Source: Candidatus Zixiibacteriota bacterium (GTDB lineage Bacteria > Zixibacteria > MSB-5A5 > GN15 > JAAZOE01). Taken from it: DNA of 64,000 nt. Where the stretch lies: assembly GCA_043819555.1 (NCBI GenBank), contig JBDREQ010000073.1, forward strand, positions 1 through 64,000, read 5' to 3'. The notes below the pieces were generated by a model that was given only the letters and a program-made list of their open reading frames with translations, was not told where the DNA came from and searched no databases. The translations under genes and the position numbers were made by a program. Below are positions 11,021-21,262 of the stretch, piece by piece. How positions within the stretch are numbered: position 1 is the stretch's first letter; each line of letters starts with the position of its first letter.

Positions 11021-11664
11021 TGAACTTGATTTTTCTGGGAGCTCCCGGGTCGGGGAAGGGAACGCAAGCGGTTCGTTTGGCCAAAAAAATCTCGGTCTTA
11101 CATTTATCTACCGGTGATCTGCTTCGGGCTGCAGTAAAAAATGGCACCGAATTGGGTAAGAAGGCCGAAGGATACATGAAAGCCGGCGAACTGGTACCGG
11201 ATGACATAATTATAGGTTTGATTGAAGAAAAACAAAATAACGCGGAATTAAAAAACGGATTTATTCTTGATGGATTCCCCCGAACAATTCCTCAGGCGGA
11301 AGCTTTGAGCATGATGTTTGAACGCGCGGGCGCCAAAATTGACCATGCCGTATTGCTTGACGTCGATGATGAAGAAATAATTAAGCGCCTCTCCGGAAGA
11401 ATGTATTGTAACGATTGCCAGTCCGGTTACAATTATCCGGCCAATATGCCAAAGGAAGAGGGCGTTTGTGATAAATGCGGCGGCAAATTGGTCCGCCGTC
11501 CTGATGATGAACCCGAGGTTGTGAAAAACCGACTTGATGTTTATAAAAAACAAACCCAGCCGATTGAGGATTATTACAGGGGCAAATCATTGTTATTGCC
11601 GATTCCCGGAATCGGTACCCCTGATGATATCTTTAATCGTATTGTTAAGGGTTTGGGCGTTTAA
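11020..11664 (+). CDS. adk: Adenylate kinase (Zn-lid type)
   Basis: GAPGSGKGT P-loop, LDGFPRT, CNDC...CDKC lid. Confidence 0.98.
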   Translation: MNLIFLGAPGSGKGTQAVRLAKKISVLHLSTGDLLRAAVKNGTELGKKAEGYMKAGELVPDDIIIGLIEEKQNNAELKNGFILDGFPRTIPQAEALSMMFERAGAKIDHAVLLDVDDEEIIKRLSGRMYCNDCQSGYNYPANMPKEEGVCDKCGGKLVRRPDDEPEVVKNRLDVYKKQTQPIEDYYRGKSLLLPIPGIGTPDDIFNRIVKGLGV

Positions 11665-11671
11665 ATGAACA

Positions 11672-12430
11672 ATGTACGAATTGAAGTCAAAAAGAGAAAT
11701 TGAACTGATGCGCAAAGCTGGCCGAATAGTCGCTGAAGTACACGAGCTGATGGAGAGAAATATCGCCCCAGGCGTTACCACCGCAAGGCTTGACGCTATC
11801 GCCGAAGACCATATCCGATCGCGCGGGGCCAAACCCGCTTTCAAGGGATACCGAGTGGGTAATAATACTTATCCGGCTTCAATTTGTTCTTCAATCGATG
11901 AAGTCGTTGTTCATGGCATTCCTTCGAATCGGAAACTGGCTGAAGGCGAGATTATTTCAATCGACGTCGGTACTTATATTGACGGTTATTATGGCGACGG
12001 AGCCAGAACTTATGCCGTTGGCGAAGTTGATGAAACCAAAATGAAATTGATACAAGTAACCAAAGATGCTCTAAAGGCCGCCATTGAAAAGGCTCGCGCC
12101 GGGAATCATCTCGGAGATATCGGTTCGGCCATTCAAAGTCTCGCGGAACAAAATGGCTTTACGGTCGTTCGGGATATGGTCGGTCATGGAATTGGCCGCA
12201 AAATGCATGAAGATCCGCAAGTGTATAATTTTGGCTCGCCGGGTACCGGATTGAAATTACTCGAAGGAATGGTTCTTGCGATCGAACCAATGATTAATGC
12301 CGGAGATTATAAAATAAGTTTTAAACCGGATGGCTGGACAACGGTTACTGCCGATGGGAAGCCGTCGGCACATTTTGAGCATACTGTGGCAATTACGTCC
12401 AATGGTCCGGATATTTTAACGCTGGTATAG
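11672..12430 (+). CDS. map: Methionine aminopeptidase type I
   Basis: HGIP, GHGIG..MHEDP, AIEPM, SAHFEHT. Confidence 0.98.
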   Translation: MYELKSKREIELMRKAGRIVAEVHELMERNIAPGVTTARLDAIAEDHIRSRGAKPAFKGYRVGNNTYPASICSSIDEVVVHGIPSNRKLAEGEIISIDVGTYIDGYYGDGARTYAVGEVDETKMKLIQVTKDALKAAIEKARAGNHLGDIGSAIQSLAEQNGFTVVRDMVGHGIGRKMHEDPQVYNFGSPGTGLKLLEGMVLAIEPMINAGDYKISFKPDGWTTVTADGKPSAHFEHTVAITSNGPDILTLV

Positions 12431-12437
12431 GAATTTT

Positions 12438-12656
12438 ATGGCAAAAGAAGATATTATTCAGGCTGAAGGAAAGGTTCTTGAACCGCTGCCCAATGCCATG
12501 TTCAAAGTCGAACTGGAAAATGGACATGTGGTCCTGGCTCATATATCCGGGAAAATGCGGATGCATTTTATTAAGATTTTGCCGGGCGACCGTGTCAGCC
12601 TGGAGCTGTCTCCGTATGATTTAAGCCGGGGGAGAATAACCTACCGGCATAAGTAA
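12438..12656 (+). CDS. infA: Translation initiation factor IF-1
   Basis: [26 protein letters not shown]. Confidence 0.99.
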   Translation: MAKEDIIQAEGKVLEPLPNAMFKVELENGHVVLAHISGKMRMHFIKILPGDRVSLELSPYDLSRGRITYRHK

Positions 12657-12683
12657 GAGATTGCGACCATAGAGGATAAAACT

Positions 12684-12797
12684 ATGAAAGTCAAAACGTC
12701 AATAAAGAAGCGGTGCGATAAATGTAAAATTATTCGTCGCAAAGGTGTTCTGAGAATAATCTGCGTCAACCCGCGTCATAAGCAGAGACAAGGGTAA
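12684..12797 (+). CDS. rpmJ: 50S ribosomal protein L36 (not in ORF track, 37 aa)
   Basis: Manual translation [44 protein letters not shown]. Confidence 0.98.
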   Translation: MKVKTSIKKRCDKCKIIRRKGVLRIICVNPRHKQRQG

Positions 12798-12830
12798 ATT
12801 GATGGCCGCTAATCAATATAGGAGGTTCAT

Positions 12831-13214
12831 TTGGCCCGAATAGCTGGTGTGGAATTACCACGCACGAAACGGATCGAAATCGCCCTGACTTATATCTTTG
12901 GAATTGGGTTAACATCAGCCAAGGATATCCTGGCTCAAACCGGAGTTAATCCCGACACCAGGGTTAATAAACTGACTGAAGAAGATGTTATCAAACTGCG
13001 AAACCTGATTGAACATGATTATAAGGTGGAGGGAAGCCTGCGCAGTGAAATAGCAATGAATATCAAACGTTTGATTGATATTGGCTCCTATCGGGGTTAC
13101 CGGCATAGACGTGGCTTGCCTCTTCGAGGCCAGCGAACGAAAACTAACGCTCGCACTCGAAAAGGCCCCAAGAAAACTGTCGCCGGAAAGAAGAGAGCTC
13201 CGGGACCTAAATAA
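12831..13214 (+). CDS. rpsM: 30S ribosomal protein S13
   Basis: [29 protein letters not shown]. Confidence 0.99.
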   Translation: MARIAGVELPRTKRIEIALTYIFGIGLTSAKDILAQTGVNPDTRVNKLTEEDVIKLRNLIEHDYKVEGSLRSEIAMNIKRLIDIGSYRGYRHRRGLPLRGQRTKTNARTRKGPKKTVAGKKRAPGPK

Positions 13215-13244
13215 GAAAATAATTTGAGTATTTGAGGAGTATCT

Positions 13245-13637
13245 GTGGCTGATCCGAAGAAACGAAAAGCAAAAAAGAAACACCACAAAGTAGAGTTGGT
13301 GGGAATTGCCAAGGTTATGGCATCTTTCAATAATACGGTTATATCTATTTGTGATTGCAAAGGCAATGTCTTGTCGTGGGCTAGCGCCGGTCGAGTAGGT
13401 TTTAAGGGTTCAAAAAAATCGACCCCATTTGCTGCCCAGCAGGCCGCAGCGTTATCAGCCAAAGAGGTCCTTGATATGGGCATGCGCAAAGTGGATATAA
13501 TGGTTAAAGGTCCAGGTTCGGGCCGTGAAGCCGCTATTCGTTCTATTTCCGCGGCAGGATTGGAAGTGCTAAGCATAAGAGACGTTACACCGATTCCGCA
13601 TAATGGGTGTCGTCCGCCAAAACGCCGTCGGGTTTGA
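13245..13637 (+). CDS. rpsK: 30S ribosomal protein S11
   Basis: [31 protein letters not shown]. Confidence 0.99.
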   Translation: MADPKKRKAKKKHHKVELVGIAKVMASFNNTVISICDCKGNVLSWASAGRVGFKGSKKSTPFAAQQAAALSAKEVLDMGMRKVDIMVKGPGSGREAAIRSISAAGLEVLSIRDVTPIPHNGCRPPKRRRV

Positions 13638-13688
13638 ATAGACGGTATAAACTTGTAAATGAATCTGTTTGAATAAAAGGAATGTTTA

Positions 13689-14315
13689 ATGGCTCGTTAT
13701 ACTGATGCCAACTGCAAATTGTGTCGCCGAGAAGGCGAAAAACTCTTTTTGAAAGGCAATCGATGCCTTTCTGAGAAGTGCTCGTTCGAAAGGCGGGCTT
13801 ATGCTCCCGGACAGCACGGTAGCAATATGCGAAGAAAGGTTTCCGAATACGGTCTTCAGCTCCGGGAAAAACAAAAAATCCGGCGTATTTATGGAATTCT
13901 GGAAAGACAATTTCATAACTACTTTGAAAAGGCCGAGCAAAAAAAAGGCATTACCGGCGTCAATCTATTGCAAATGCTGGAATGCCGCCTCGATAATGTT
14001 GTGTATCGTCTTGGTTTTGCTCCTTCAAGAAAATCTGCGAGACAACTTATTCGTCATCGCCATTTCCAGATCAATGGCCGTATTGTTGATATTCCCTCTT
14101 ACAATGTCATGGTCAATGATGTTTTGCGCGTAAAGGATAAATCCAAAAGTCTGGATATTATTCATATGGCGCTGAAGGAATCAAGAGGCGAGGAAATTTC
14201 CTGGTTGCGTCTGAACAAAGCCAGCCTGGAAGGTGAATTATTGCAAGTTCCGAAACGGGAAGAAATTATGATACCCGCCCAGGAACAGTTAATTGTGGAA
14301 TTGTATTCAAAATAA
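13689..14315 (+). CDS. rpsD: 30S ribosomal protein S4 (Cys-containing form)
   Basis: [34 protein letters not shown]. Confidence 0.99.
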   Translation: MARYTDANCKLCRREGEKLFLKGNRCLSEKCSFERRAYAPGQHGSNMRRKVSEYGLQLREKQKIRRIYGILERQFHNYFEKAEQKKGITGVNLLQMLECRLDNVVYRLGFAPSRKSARQLIRHRHFQINGRIVDIPSYNVMVNDVLRVKDKSKSLDIIHMALKESRGEEISWLRLNKASLEGELLQVPKREEIMIPAQEQLIVELYSK

Positions 14316-14356
14316 TACCGCTTTAGCGGTGCTTTAACCTTACGGGGGATAAGCTA

Positions 14357-15334
14357 ATGAAATGGAAGAGCCTGCAAATGCCCAAGGAGATTGTAACCGA
14401 TAAATCCAATCTGGATGAGGGTTATGCAAGGTTTGCGATCGAGCCTCTCGAAAGAGGATTCGGCGCGACAATAGGACACTCCCTCAGGCGGGTTTTGCTG
14501 TCATCGATTCAGGGGGCGGCGCCGGTTTCAATGAGGATTGAAGGTGTATTGCATGAATTCGGAGCAATTGAAGGAGTTTATGAGGACATTACCGATATTG
14601 TATTGAATATCAAGAAGATGCGCGTTTGGCTAAATTCTGACGAACGACGTACTTTGACCATGTCAGTTAACTCCAAGGGTAAAATTACAGCCGGCATGTT
14701 TGAAGAGAATCCAGATGTGGAAATTCTTAATCCGGACTTGCATATTGCGGAATTGACAAGCAAGCGTGATTTCTCTCTTGAAGTAGATATTGACTACGGT
14801 CGAGGTTATGTAATGGCTGAATCAAATAAACGGGAAGATATGCCGGTCGGCACAATTTTCCTCGATTCTCTCTTTTCACCGGTCATTAAAGTCAATTATG
14901 AAATCGTAAACACTCGCGTTGGACAAAAAACCGACTACGATCGGCTGGAGCTCGATATTTGGACCGATAAATCGATGACGCCGGAAGACGCCCTAAGCTA
15001 TGCTGCCAAAATCCTCAAAGATCACATGCAATTGTTTATCCATATTGATGAGGAACTGGACGCTGCGGTGGAAGAAGAAGAAGATGAGGAAGTCGTTCGC
15101 ATCAGACTCCTTTTGAAAACTCGAGTTGATGAGCTTGAATTGTCGGTACGTTCTTCTAATTGCCTGCGCGCTGCCAATATTCAGAATTTAGGAGAACTCG
15201 TCTCAAAAACCGAATCGGAAATGCTCAAATATCGGAATTTCGGTCGCAAATCGCTTAATGAACTGACATCCATACTCGACGAATTGAATTTATCTTTCGG
15301 TATGGATATTGTACCATACCTTGAAAAGAATTAG
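14357..15334 (+). CDS. rpoA: RNA polymerase alpha subunit
   Basis: [34 protein letters not shown]. Confidence 0.99.
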   Translation: MKWKSLQMPKEIVTDKSNLDEGYARFAIEPLERGFGATIGHSLRRVLLSSIQGAAPVSMRIEGVLHEFGAIEGVYEDITDIVLNIKKMRVWLNSDERRTLTMSVNSKGKITAGMFEENPDVEILNPDLHIAELTSKRDFSLEVDIDYGRGYVMAESNKREDMPVGTIFLDSLFSPVIKVNYEIVNTRVGQKTDYDRLELDIWTDKSMTPEDALSYAAKILKDHMQLFIHIDEELDAAVEEEEDEEVVRIRLLLKTRVDELELSVRSSNCLRAANIQNLGELVSKTESEMLKYRNFGRKSLNELTSILDELNLSFGMDIVPYLEKN

Positions 15335-15351
15335 AACCTGGCAGGAAAAAC

Positions 15352-15762
15352 ATGAAACATCAGGTCAAAACCAAGAAATTATCTCGGACAAAACCGCATC
15401 GAGAAGCGATGCTGGCCAATATGGCTAATTCGCTTTTCGCAAACCGCTCTATAAAAACTACGGATGCCAAAGCCAAAGAACTGCGCCGCTTGACGGATAG
15501 GCTAATAACAACCGCCAAGCAAAATACTCTGGCGGCTCGGCGGCAGATATTTGCGCAATTGCGAAATGAAACGATTGTCAAGAAATTGTTTGATGAAATC
15601 GCTCCGTATTTTTCCGATCGGCCGTCAGGATTTACTCGTGTCATCAAAATCGGCCCTCGACTTGGAGATGGCGCCGCTCTGTCGCTAATCGAATTGCAGA
15701 CTCCAAAGCCCGAAAAGGCTGATGAAAAGTCGAAAGATAAGAAAAAATCTAAAAGTAAATAG
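15352..15762 (+). CDS. rplQ: 50S ribosomal protein L17
   Basis: KLSRT..HR.A, I.TT.AKAK, G.TRVIK.G.R.GD.A. Confidence 0.98.
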   Translation: MKHQVKTKKLSRTKPHREAMLANMANSLFANRSIKTTDAKAKELRRLTDRLITTAKQNTLAARRQIFAQLRNETIVKKLFDEIAPYFSDRPSGFTRVIKIGPRLGDGAALSLIELQTPKPEKADEKSKDKKKSKSK

Positions 15763-15782
15763 CTGCAATAATTTGTTATTAC

Positions 15783-15813
15783 AAAAGCGGCCGCCATGCG
15801 GCCGTTTTTGTTT
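15783..15813 (+). terminator. Intrinsic terminator of the ribosomal superoperon
   Basis: AAAAGCGGCCGC-CAT-GCGGCCGTTTTTGTTT hairpin with T tract right after rplQ. Confidence 0.85.
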
Positions 15814-15990
15814 ATGTTTTTATCTCGTCTAATTAATAATTCCAAAAAAGCATTTGCAAACTGCTGCAATTAGTGTTATCTTCATTAAAGAATCATATTA
15901 ACAAGTGGCAAGAATAGGTTAGTTCTCCACGAGTTACGAGGGGGAACTATTTTCGCAATTCAACTAATGCTTTAATTGCACGGAGGCTTT

Positions 15991-16422
15991 ATGGCAATGT
16001 CAAAAGGGTGCACGATTGCGTTAATTGTCGTCGCGGTATTGGCCGCCATTATTATTATCGGAGGCGTGCTGGTTTGGCTTAACAAAGATAAAATCATGCA
16101 GGCCGGTATCGATCAAATGGTGGGAATGGCTGAGGTTGAAATAAAAGCCAGCCTTCCGGAAGGTTATTCCGAAGAATCGGTAACCGAATTGATGGGGGAA
16201 TTAAAAGCCGCGCTTAATGAAAATAAAATCGCGGCGGATAAAATTCAGGGACTTGCTGCAAATCTTCGGGAAGCAATGGCTGATAAGCATTTTGATGTCG
16301 AAGAATCAAAAGACATGCTCAATTTGATTGAGGATGCCCTCGGCAAGGAACCGTCGGTTATGAACGATATGGGCGAGGAGGAAATGCCGGGCGATTCTCT
16401 TGCTGTTCCGGATAGCCTGTAG
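15991..16422 (+). CDS. Hypothetical protein with N-terminal membrane anchor
   Basis: MSKGC followed by a hydrophobic helix and an acidic helical domain; GGAGG RBS. Confidence 0.75.
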   Translation: MAMSKGCTIALIVVAVLAAIIIIGGVLVWLNKDKIMQAGIDQMVGMAEVEIKASLPEGYSEESVTELMGELKAALNENKIAADKIQGLAANLREAMADKHFDVEESKDMLNLIEDALGKEPSVMNDMGEEEMPGDSLAVPDSL

Positions 16423-16725
16423 ATGAAACATCCGCGGGAAAAATTCATTTCTGCGGAAATAAAAGTTCTTCGAAATCCAAATACGGGTCTGCCGGAATCT
16501 TTTGTTTGGGATGATCGAGATTTTGTAATTAAGCACATTATTGCAGCCTGGCCCAATCATGGATATTCTGCCGGTTCCCCTCGCAAAAAAGACTGGCGGA
16601 TGCGGCGTCATAGAAATTTTTATCAGGTTGAAACACTTGATGGTGATATCTTTGAAATGTATCATGATCGCGGATTGAAACCTGATGGCGGAAAATGGAT
16701 TTTGCTGACAATAACTAAAAGGTAA
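16423..16725 (+). CDS. DUF6504-like small protein
   Basis: P.SF.W......V......W...W.....YQV......E.YHD.....W pattern recalled for DUF6504. Confidence 0.6.
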   Translation: MKHPREKFISAEIKVLRNPNTGLPESFVWDDRDFVIKHIIAAWPNHGYSAGSPRKKDWRMRRHRNFYQVETLDGDIFEMYHDRGLKPDGGKWILLTITKR

Positions 16726-16746
16726 AAGAATTCACCGCTGTAAATA

Positions 16747-17382
16747 ATGAGTTTCTATCTTTGTCTCATACTATCTTACCTGCTGGGAGGAATCCCCTTC
16801 GGTTTAATTGCGGGATTTCTCTTTGGGCATGGAGATATCAGATCTAAAGGTTCGGGAAACATTGGGGCTACCAATGTCTGGCGGATAGCCGGGCCCGGAG
16901 CCACTTTTTTTGTCTTTGTCGGCGATTTTGGCAAAGGGGCGGCGGCAGTTTTAATTTGCAGCTTATGGTCCAATTCTTCATGGCCAATTCCCCAGGAATC
17001 AGCGGCATTGTTATGTGGGCTATTTGCGGTACTGGGGCATCTTTTTTCCCCATATTTAGTTTTTAAGGGCGGCAAGGGAGTATGTACCGCTCTTGGAGTT
17101 TTTGCCAGTTTATTGCCATTGGAAACTTTGGCTTCAGTAATCATCTTTGTTATCGTTTTGTTGATAACACGATTCGTCTCTCTGAGTTCCATAATCGCGA
17201 CAATGTCATTGGCCGGGATTCTTTGGATAAAATATCTGTATTTTAATATCCCCGTTAAAAAAGAATATTTGCTGGCAACATCAGTTGTTTCGGCCTTAAT
17301 ACTTTTTACTCATCACCAAAATATTAAAAGGCTGATTACGGGAACTGAACATAGATTTCAATTACGAAAGGCAGTCGATTGA
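16747..17382 (+). CDS. plsY: Glycerol-3-phosphate acyltransferase PlsY
   Basis: GSGNIGATN, GH.F....FKGGKGV, HHQNI.RL..G.E. Confidence 0.96.
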   Translation: MSFYLCLILSYLLGGIPFGLIAGFLFGHGDIRSKGSGNIGATNVWRIAGPGATFFVFVGDFGKGAAAVLICSLWSNSSWPIPQESAALLCGLFAVLGHLFSPYLVFKGGKGVCTALGVFASLLPLETLASVIIFVIVLLITRFVSLSSIIATMSLAGILWIKYLYFNIPVKKEYLLATSVVSALILFTHHQNIKRLITGTEHRFQLRKAVD

Positions 17383-18428
17383 AAAAGCGGGTAACCATAT
17401 TGGGGGCTGGATCCTGGGGAATCGCCAACGCCAATCTCCTGGCTCAGAACGGATCGGAAGTTACTCTATGGGAGTTTGATCCCATGGAATTGGAACTTCT
17501 ACGGACTGAGCGGGAACATCCGCGTAAATTACCGGGAATTAAAATCGATAACAGTATCAATCTGGTCGGCGATTTGACCGATGCCCTTGAAGGTTCCGAT
17601 ATCGTTGTTTTTGCGGTACCGACTCAGAAGATATCGGAAGTCTGCCGCCGCATCTCGGCGACATCCACGGCTCGTCCGGAATTAGTAATTAGTCTGAGCA
17701 AAGGAATTGAACAAGGGAGCCTGCGCCGAGTATCACAAATACTCGCCGAAGAATGGGTTGGCATCCACCCAGAAAGTATAGTGTCTCTTTCCGGTCCTTC
17801 GCATGCCGAAGAAGTCTCGCGACATATTCCGACCTCGGTTGTAGTGGCGGGCAATAAAGAAAAATGCCAGTTGACACAAAAAATCTATAGCAATCCCGTT
17901 TTTCGAGTATATCGAAGTTCCGATCTAATCGGCGTCGAATTGGGCGGCTCATTGAAAAATGTTATAGCCATCTCAGCCGGGATCATTCGCGGTCTGGGTT
18001 TTGGCGATAATACAATGGGAGCATTGATCACTCGAGGACTGGCTGAAATCAATCGCCTGGCTTATGCAATGGGAGCCAAACCGGAAACACTGGCGGGATT
18101 ATCGGGTATTGGGGATTTGGTTGCTACCTGCACCTCTGCCCACTCAAGGAATCAGATGGTCGGATATCAAATAGGACAGGGCAAGACTCTCAAAGAAGTG
18201 CTATCGGGAATGGTTATGGTCGCCGAGGGGGTCACTACCTGTCGTTCGGCGCGCCAGCTGGCCCACGATAAGTCTATAGAAATGCCGATCACTGAAGCCG
18301 TTTGCGAGGTTTTATTTGAAAATCTTCCTGCCCGTGAAGCTGTCACAAGTTTAATGACAAGGCCTCTCAAGGCCGAAGTCTCGGTTAAGTTTGATTATTT
18401 GAACGGAGGTACTAATGCACAAAACTAA
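17379..18428 (+). CDS. gpsA: NAD(P)H-dependent glycerol-3-phosphate dehydrogenase
   Basis: GAGSWG, SGPSHAEEV, LKNVIAI, GDLVATCTS..SRN, AEGV. Confidence 0.97.
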   Translation: MKKRVTILGAGSWGIANANLLAQNGSEVTLWEFDPMELELLRTEREHPRKLPGIKIDNSINLVGDLTDALEGSDIVVFAVPTQKISEVCRRISATSTARPELVISLSKGIEQGSLRRVSQILAEEWVGIHPESIVSLSGPSHAEEVSRHIPTSVVVAGNKEKCQLTQKIYSNPVFRVYRSSDLIGVELGGSLKNVIAISAGIIRGLGFGDNTMGALITRGLAEINRLAYAMGAKPETLAGLSGIGDLVATCTSAHSRNQMVGYQIGQGKTLKEVLSGMVMVAEGVTTCRSARQLAHDKSIEMPITEAVCEVLFENLPAREAVTSLMTRPLKAEVSVKFDYLNGGTNAQN

Positions 18429-18780
18429 GGTACTCCTTGATGAAAAACTATATTATTCCATAAGTGAAGTTGCGCGTATAACCGACCTCCAGCCATATGT
18501 TTTGCGGTTTTGGGAAAAGGAATTTCCAACCCTGCGCCCCAGGAAAAATAAGGGCGGCAATCGGCATTATCAAAAGCGCGATATTGAAATGATTAATCAA
18601 ATCAAGCAGTTACTTTACAGCGAAAATTATACAATCGCCGGCGCAAGAAAACGCATTCGTCAAATGGAATCAACGCCGGAAAAGCGGAAACTGATTTTAA
18701 AGGCAAAATCTAATACCATTATTGGTGAGATTAAAAAGGAACTTACCGATCTTCTCAAACTTTTCCCTTGCCTTTTTTAG
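18415..18780 (+). CDS. MerR-family transcriptional regulator
   Basis: YYSISEVA...YVLRFWEKEF...GNRHY HTH, of the type commonly found next to tRNA-Pro. Confidence 0.9.
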   Translation: MHKTKVLLDEKLYYSISEVARITDLQPYVLRFWEKEFPTLRPRKNKGGNRHYQKRDIEMINQIKQLLYSENYTIAGARKRIRQMESTPEKRKLILKAKSNTIIGEIKKELTDLLKLFPCLF

Positions 18781-18806
18781 ATATTTAACCATTTTGGGAT
18801 ACGCGT

Positions 18807-18884
18807 CGGGGCGTGGCGCAGTCCGGTTAGCGCACTCGCTTGGGGTGCGAGAGGTCGGCCGTTCAAATCGGCTCGCCCCGACCA
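18807..18884 (+). tRNA. tRNA-Pro(GGG)
   Basis: CGGGGCG acceptor stem, anticodon arm CTCGC-TTGGGGT-GCGAG, TTCAAAT T-loop, encoded CCA. Confidence 0.95.
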
Positions 18885-18909
18885 TTTTATATAAATCCGG
18901 AATATATAA

Positions 18910-19578
18910 ATGAAACCCAAAATTCTTCTTTTAATACCAGCTTACAACGCCGCCAAATATATCCCCGAGCTCATAAGACGGGTTTCGCCTTATTTTAAAG
19001 ATGAAAGTATTTTAATAATCAACGATGGCTCAACTGATACGACGCAAATTGAAATTGATAAACTCCAATGCCACAAAATTAATTTCCCTGAAAATCTGGG
19101 CAAAGGAGTCGCCCTCAAAAGAGGATTTGAATTCGCCGTCGCTCATGGCTGTGACGCCGTCATAACAATTGATTCCGACTTGCAGCACCGTCCCGAACAT
19201 CTGCCGGCTTTTCTGGAAGCATATGATGATGCCGATATATTAATCGGAACCCGGGATATTAATCCCCGCTTGATGCCATATGATCGCCTGTTGACCAATA
19301 ATCTGACTTCGATTATTATTTCCATATTCGGTTCAATTCGAATTCGTGACTCCCAATCAGGATATAGATTAATTAAAACTTCGGTTTTAAAAAGACTTTG
19401 TTTAACCAGTTCAAGATATGATACCGAAAGCGAGATGCTCTTCCAAAGCGGGTATTTGGGATTTACCACGGGTGAAGTGGCTATCGATACGGTTTACGAA
19501 GGTTCACATTCATTTATTAATCCGTTCAAGGATACAACTCGTTTTATTCGCCAAATATGGAAACGCATTTGGTATTGA
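18910..19578 (+). CDS. Glycosyltransferase family 2 (Dpm1-like)
   Basis: IPAYN, INDGSTD, N.GKG.A, DSDLQH, DSQSGYR. Confidence 0.93.
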   Translation: MKPKILLLIPAYNAAKYIPELIRRVSPYFKDESILIINDGSTDTTQIEIDKLQCHKINFPENLGKGVALKRGFEFAVAHGCDAVITIDSDLQHRPEHLPAFLEAYDDADILIGTRDINPRLMPYDRLLTNNLTSIIISIFGSIRIRDSQSGYRLIKTSVLKRLCLTSSRYDTESEMLFQSGYLGFTTGEVAIDTVYEGSHSFINPFKDTTRFIRQIWKRIWY

Positions 19579-19590
19579 ACAAAGGACATT

Positions 19591-20343
19591 ATGCGAATTT
19601 TACTGACCAATGATGACGGCGTTCATGCCGAGGGAATAAATATTCTCTTTCAGGAATTGAAAAAGCGCCATGATGTTTTACTTTTTGCTCCCGATAGAGA
19701 ACAGTCCGCCACCAGTCATTCTCTGACGCTGTCGCATCCTTTGCGCATACACAAATTCGCTGATGATCGCTATTCCTGCGACGGCACGCCAACTGATTCG
19801 ATTCTTTTGTCGGTTTTAAGTATTCTCAATCACAACAAGCCGGATATGATCATTTCCGGGATCAATCATGGTCCGAATATGGGCGAGGACGTCATGTATT
19901 CAGGGACCGTCGCCGCCGCCATAGAGGGCTCTCAGTTGGGTATTCATTCCATTGCCGCTTCAATGGTCAATTGCAAAGACGCTGATTTCAAAAGCGCGGC
20001 ACGTTTTATTCGGCGTCTGATTAAAGGATACCCGCAAATGAATCTGTCTCCCAAAACAATTTTGAATATAAACTTCCCCGGCAAGGTTAAAGACGGATTC
20101 AAAAAATACCGATTCACCAGTCTGGGAAGTCGGGAATATGATGATATTATCGAAAAACGAAAAGACCCGCGCGGCTGGGACTATTACTGGATAGCCGGGA
20201 GCCCCATCTGGAAGAAGGTTCCGGGGTCTGATATTTACGCCATCGAATCAGGTGAAGTATCGATTACTCCCATACATTTTCATTTTACCGACACAAAAGT
20301 ATTGAGTTCTTTAACCGAAAACGGCTTCAAACTCCCCCGGTAA
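19591..20343 (+). CDS. surE: 5'/3'-nucleotidase SurE
   Basis: ILLTNDDG, GTPTD, SGINHG.N.G.DV.YSGTVAAA.EG. Confidence 0.97.
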   Translation: MRILLTNDDGVHAEGINILFQELKKRHDVLLFAPDREQSATSHSLTLSHPLRIHKFADDRYSCDGTPTDSILLSVLSILNHNKPDMIISGINHGPNMGEDVMYSGTVAAAIEGSQLGIHSIAASMVNCKDADFKSAARFIRRLIKGYPQMNLSPKTILNINFPGKVKDGFKKYRFTSLGSREYDDIIEKRKDPRGWDYYWIAGSPIWKKVPGSDIYAIESGEVSITPIHFHFTDTKVLSSLTENGFKLPR

Positions 20344-20362
20344 AGGTCGATGAAATCAATAC

Positions 20363-20390
20363 TTGACAAAAAGTTAATTTGTTCTATTTT
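20363..20390 (+). promoter_or_regulatory. Putative sigma70 promoter of tRNA-Pro(CGG)
   Basis: TTGACA-N16-TATTTT just upstream of the tRNA. Confidence 0.55.
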
Positions 20391-20403
20391 GGAATTCTCT
20401 AAT

Positions 20404-20476
20404 CGGGGCGTAGCGCAGTTGGTAGCGTGCTTGGTTCGGGACTAAGAGGTCGCTGGTTCAAATCCAGTCGCCCCGA
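20404..20476 (+). tRNA. tRNA-Pro(CGG)
   Basis: CGGGGCG/CGCCCCG acceptor stem, CTTGG-TTCGGGA-CTAAG anticodon arm, GGTTCAAATCC; no encoded CCA. Confidence 0.95.
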
Positions 20477-20513
20477 TTTTTATATAAGTAATCACTTCAA
20501 ATAAAGGGGAATT

Positions 20514-20990
20514 ATGGACATAGAAAATAAAATCATAATAGGCGTCATCGGAGCCGGAAAAGGTTCGCGGAAGCTGAAAGAGCAGGCTTATCAGGTTGGT
20601 CAGGAAATCGCACAGGCCGGTGCGATACTTGTTACCGGAGGTCTCAAGGGTGTCATGGAAGCGGCTTCCCAGGGAGCAAAAGAATCCGGAGGAACCGTTA
20701 TAGGTATCATTCCCGGTATCGATAAATCCGATGCCAATCCATACTGCGACATCGTAATTCCGACTGGTTTGGGAGAAGCCCGCAACATGGTCGTTGTCAG
20801 GACGGCCGATGCAATAATATCCCTTCATGGCCGTTATGGCACAATAATCGAAATGTGTTTTGCTCTCAAACAAGGCAAACCGTTAGTCTCACTGGTGAAC
20901 TGGGATTTGCTTCCTGAAGTGATGACAATGGCAATCCCGGCTGAGGCGGTCGAAGAAGCGATCAAGCAAGCTGGCCATGCCAAAAAGTAG
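20514..20990 (+). CDS. TIGR00725 / LOG-like Rossmann-fold protein
   Basis: GVIG, VTGG..GVMEAAS.GA, TG.GEARN, G.YGT..E. Confidence 0.88.
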   Translation: MDIENKIIIGVIGAGKGSRKLKEQAYQVGQEIAQAGAILVTGGLKGVMEAASQGAKESGGTVIGIIPGIDKSDANPYCDIVIPTGLGEARNMVVVRTADAIISLHGRYGTIIEMCFALKQGKPLVSLVNWDLLPEVMTMAIPAEAVEEAIKQAGHAKK

Positions 20991-21252
20991 CGTCAGAATA
21001 ATTGTCAGCGGTTTAGTGCAGGGCGTCAGTTTTAGATATTTTACATATAAACAGGCGACCTCTCTGGGTTTAACCGGATATGCTAAAAATCTCCCCACCG
21101 GGCAGGTTGAAATAATCGCCCAGGGTGAAAAAGGCATGATTGATGAACTGATCAAAATCGTAAGAGTTGGCCCCAGTTACGCTTCAGTATCCGACGTACA
21201 ACTGGAAGAAATTAAAACCGATGAGAACTTTGATAAATTTGGAATAAGATAA
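20977..21252 (+). CDS. acyP: Acylphosphatase
   Basis: VSG.VQGVSFR, G...N...G.VE. Confidence 0.93.
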   Translation: MPKSSVRIIVSGLVQGVSFRYFTYKQATSLGLTGYAKNLPTGQVEIIAQGEKGMIDELIKIVRVGPSYASVSDVQLEEIKTDENFDKFGIR

Positions 21253-21262
21253 GGATATAATC

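Noticed and set aside
18697..18913. Short ORFs overlapping tRNA-Pro (likewise 20442-20873 and 25949-26173)
   Set aside because: Translations across tRNA genes or antisense to real genes
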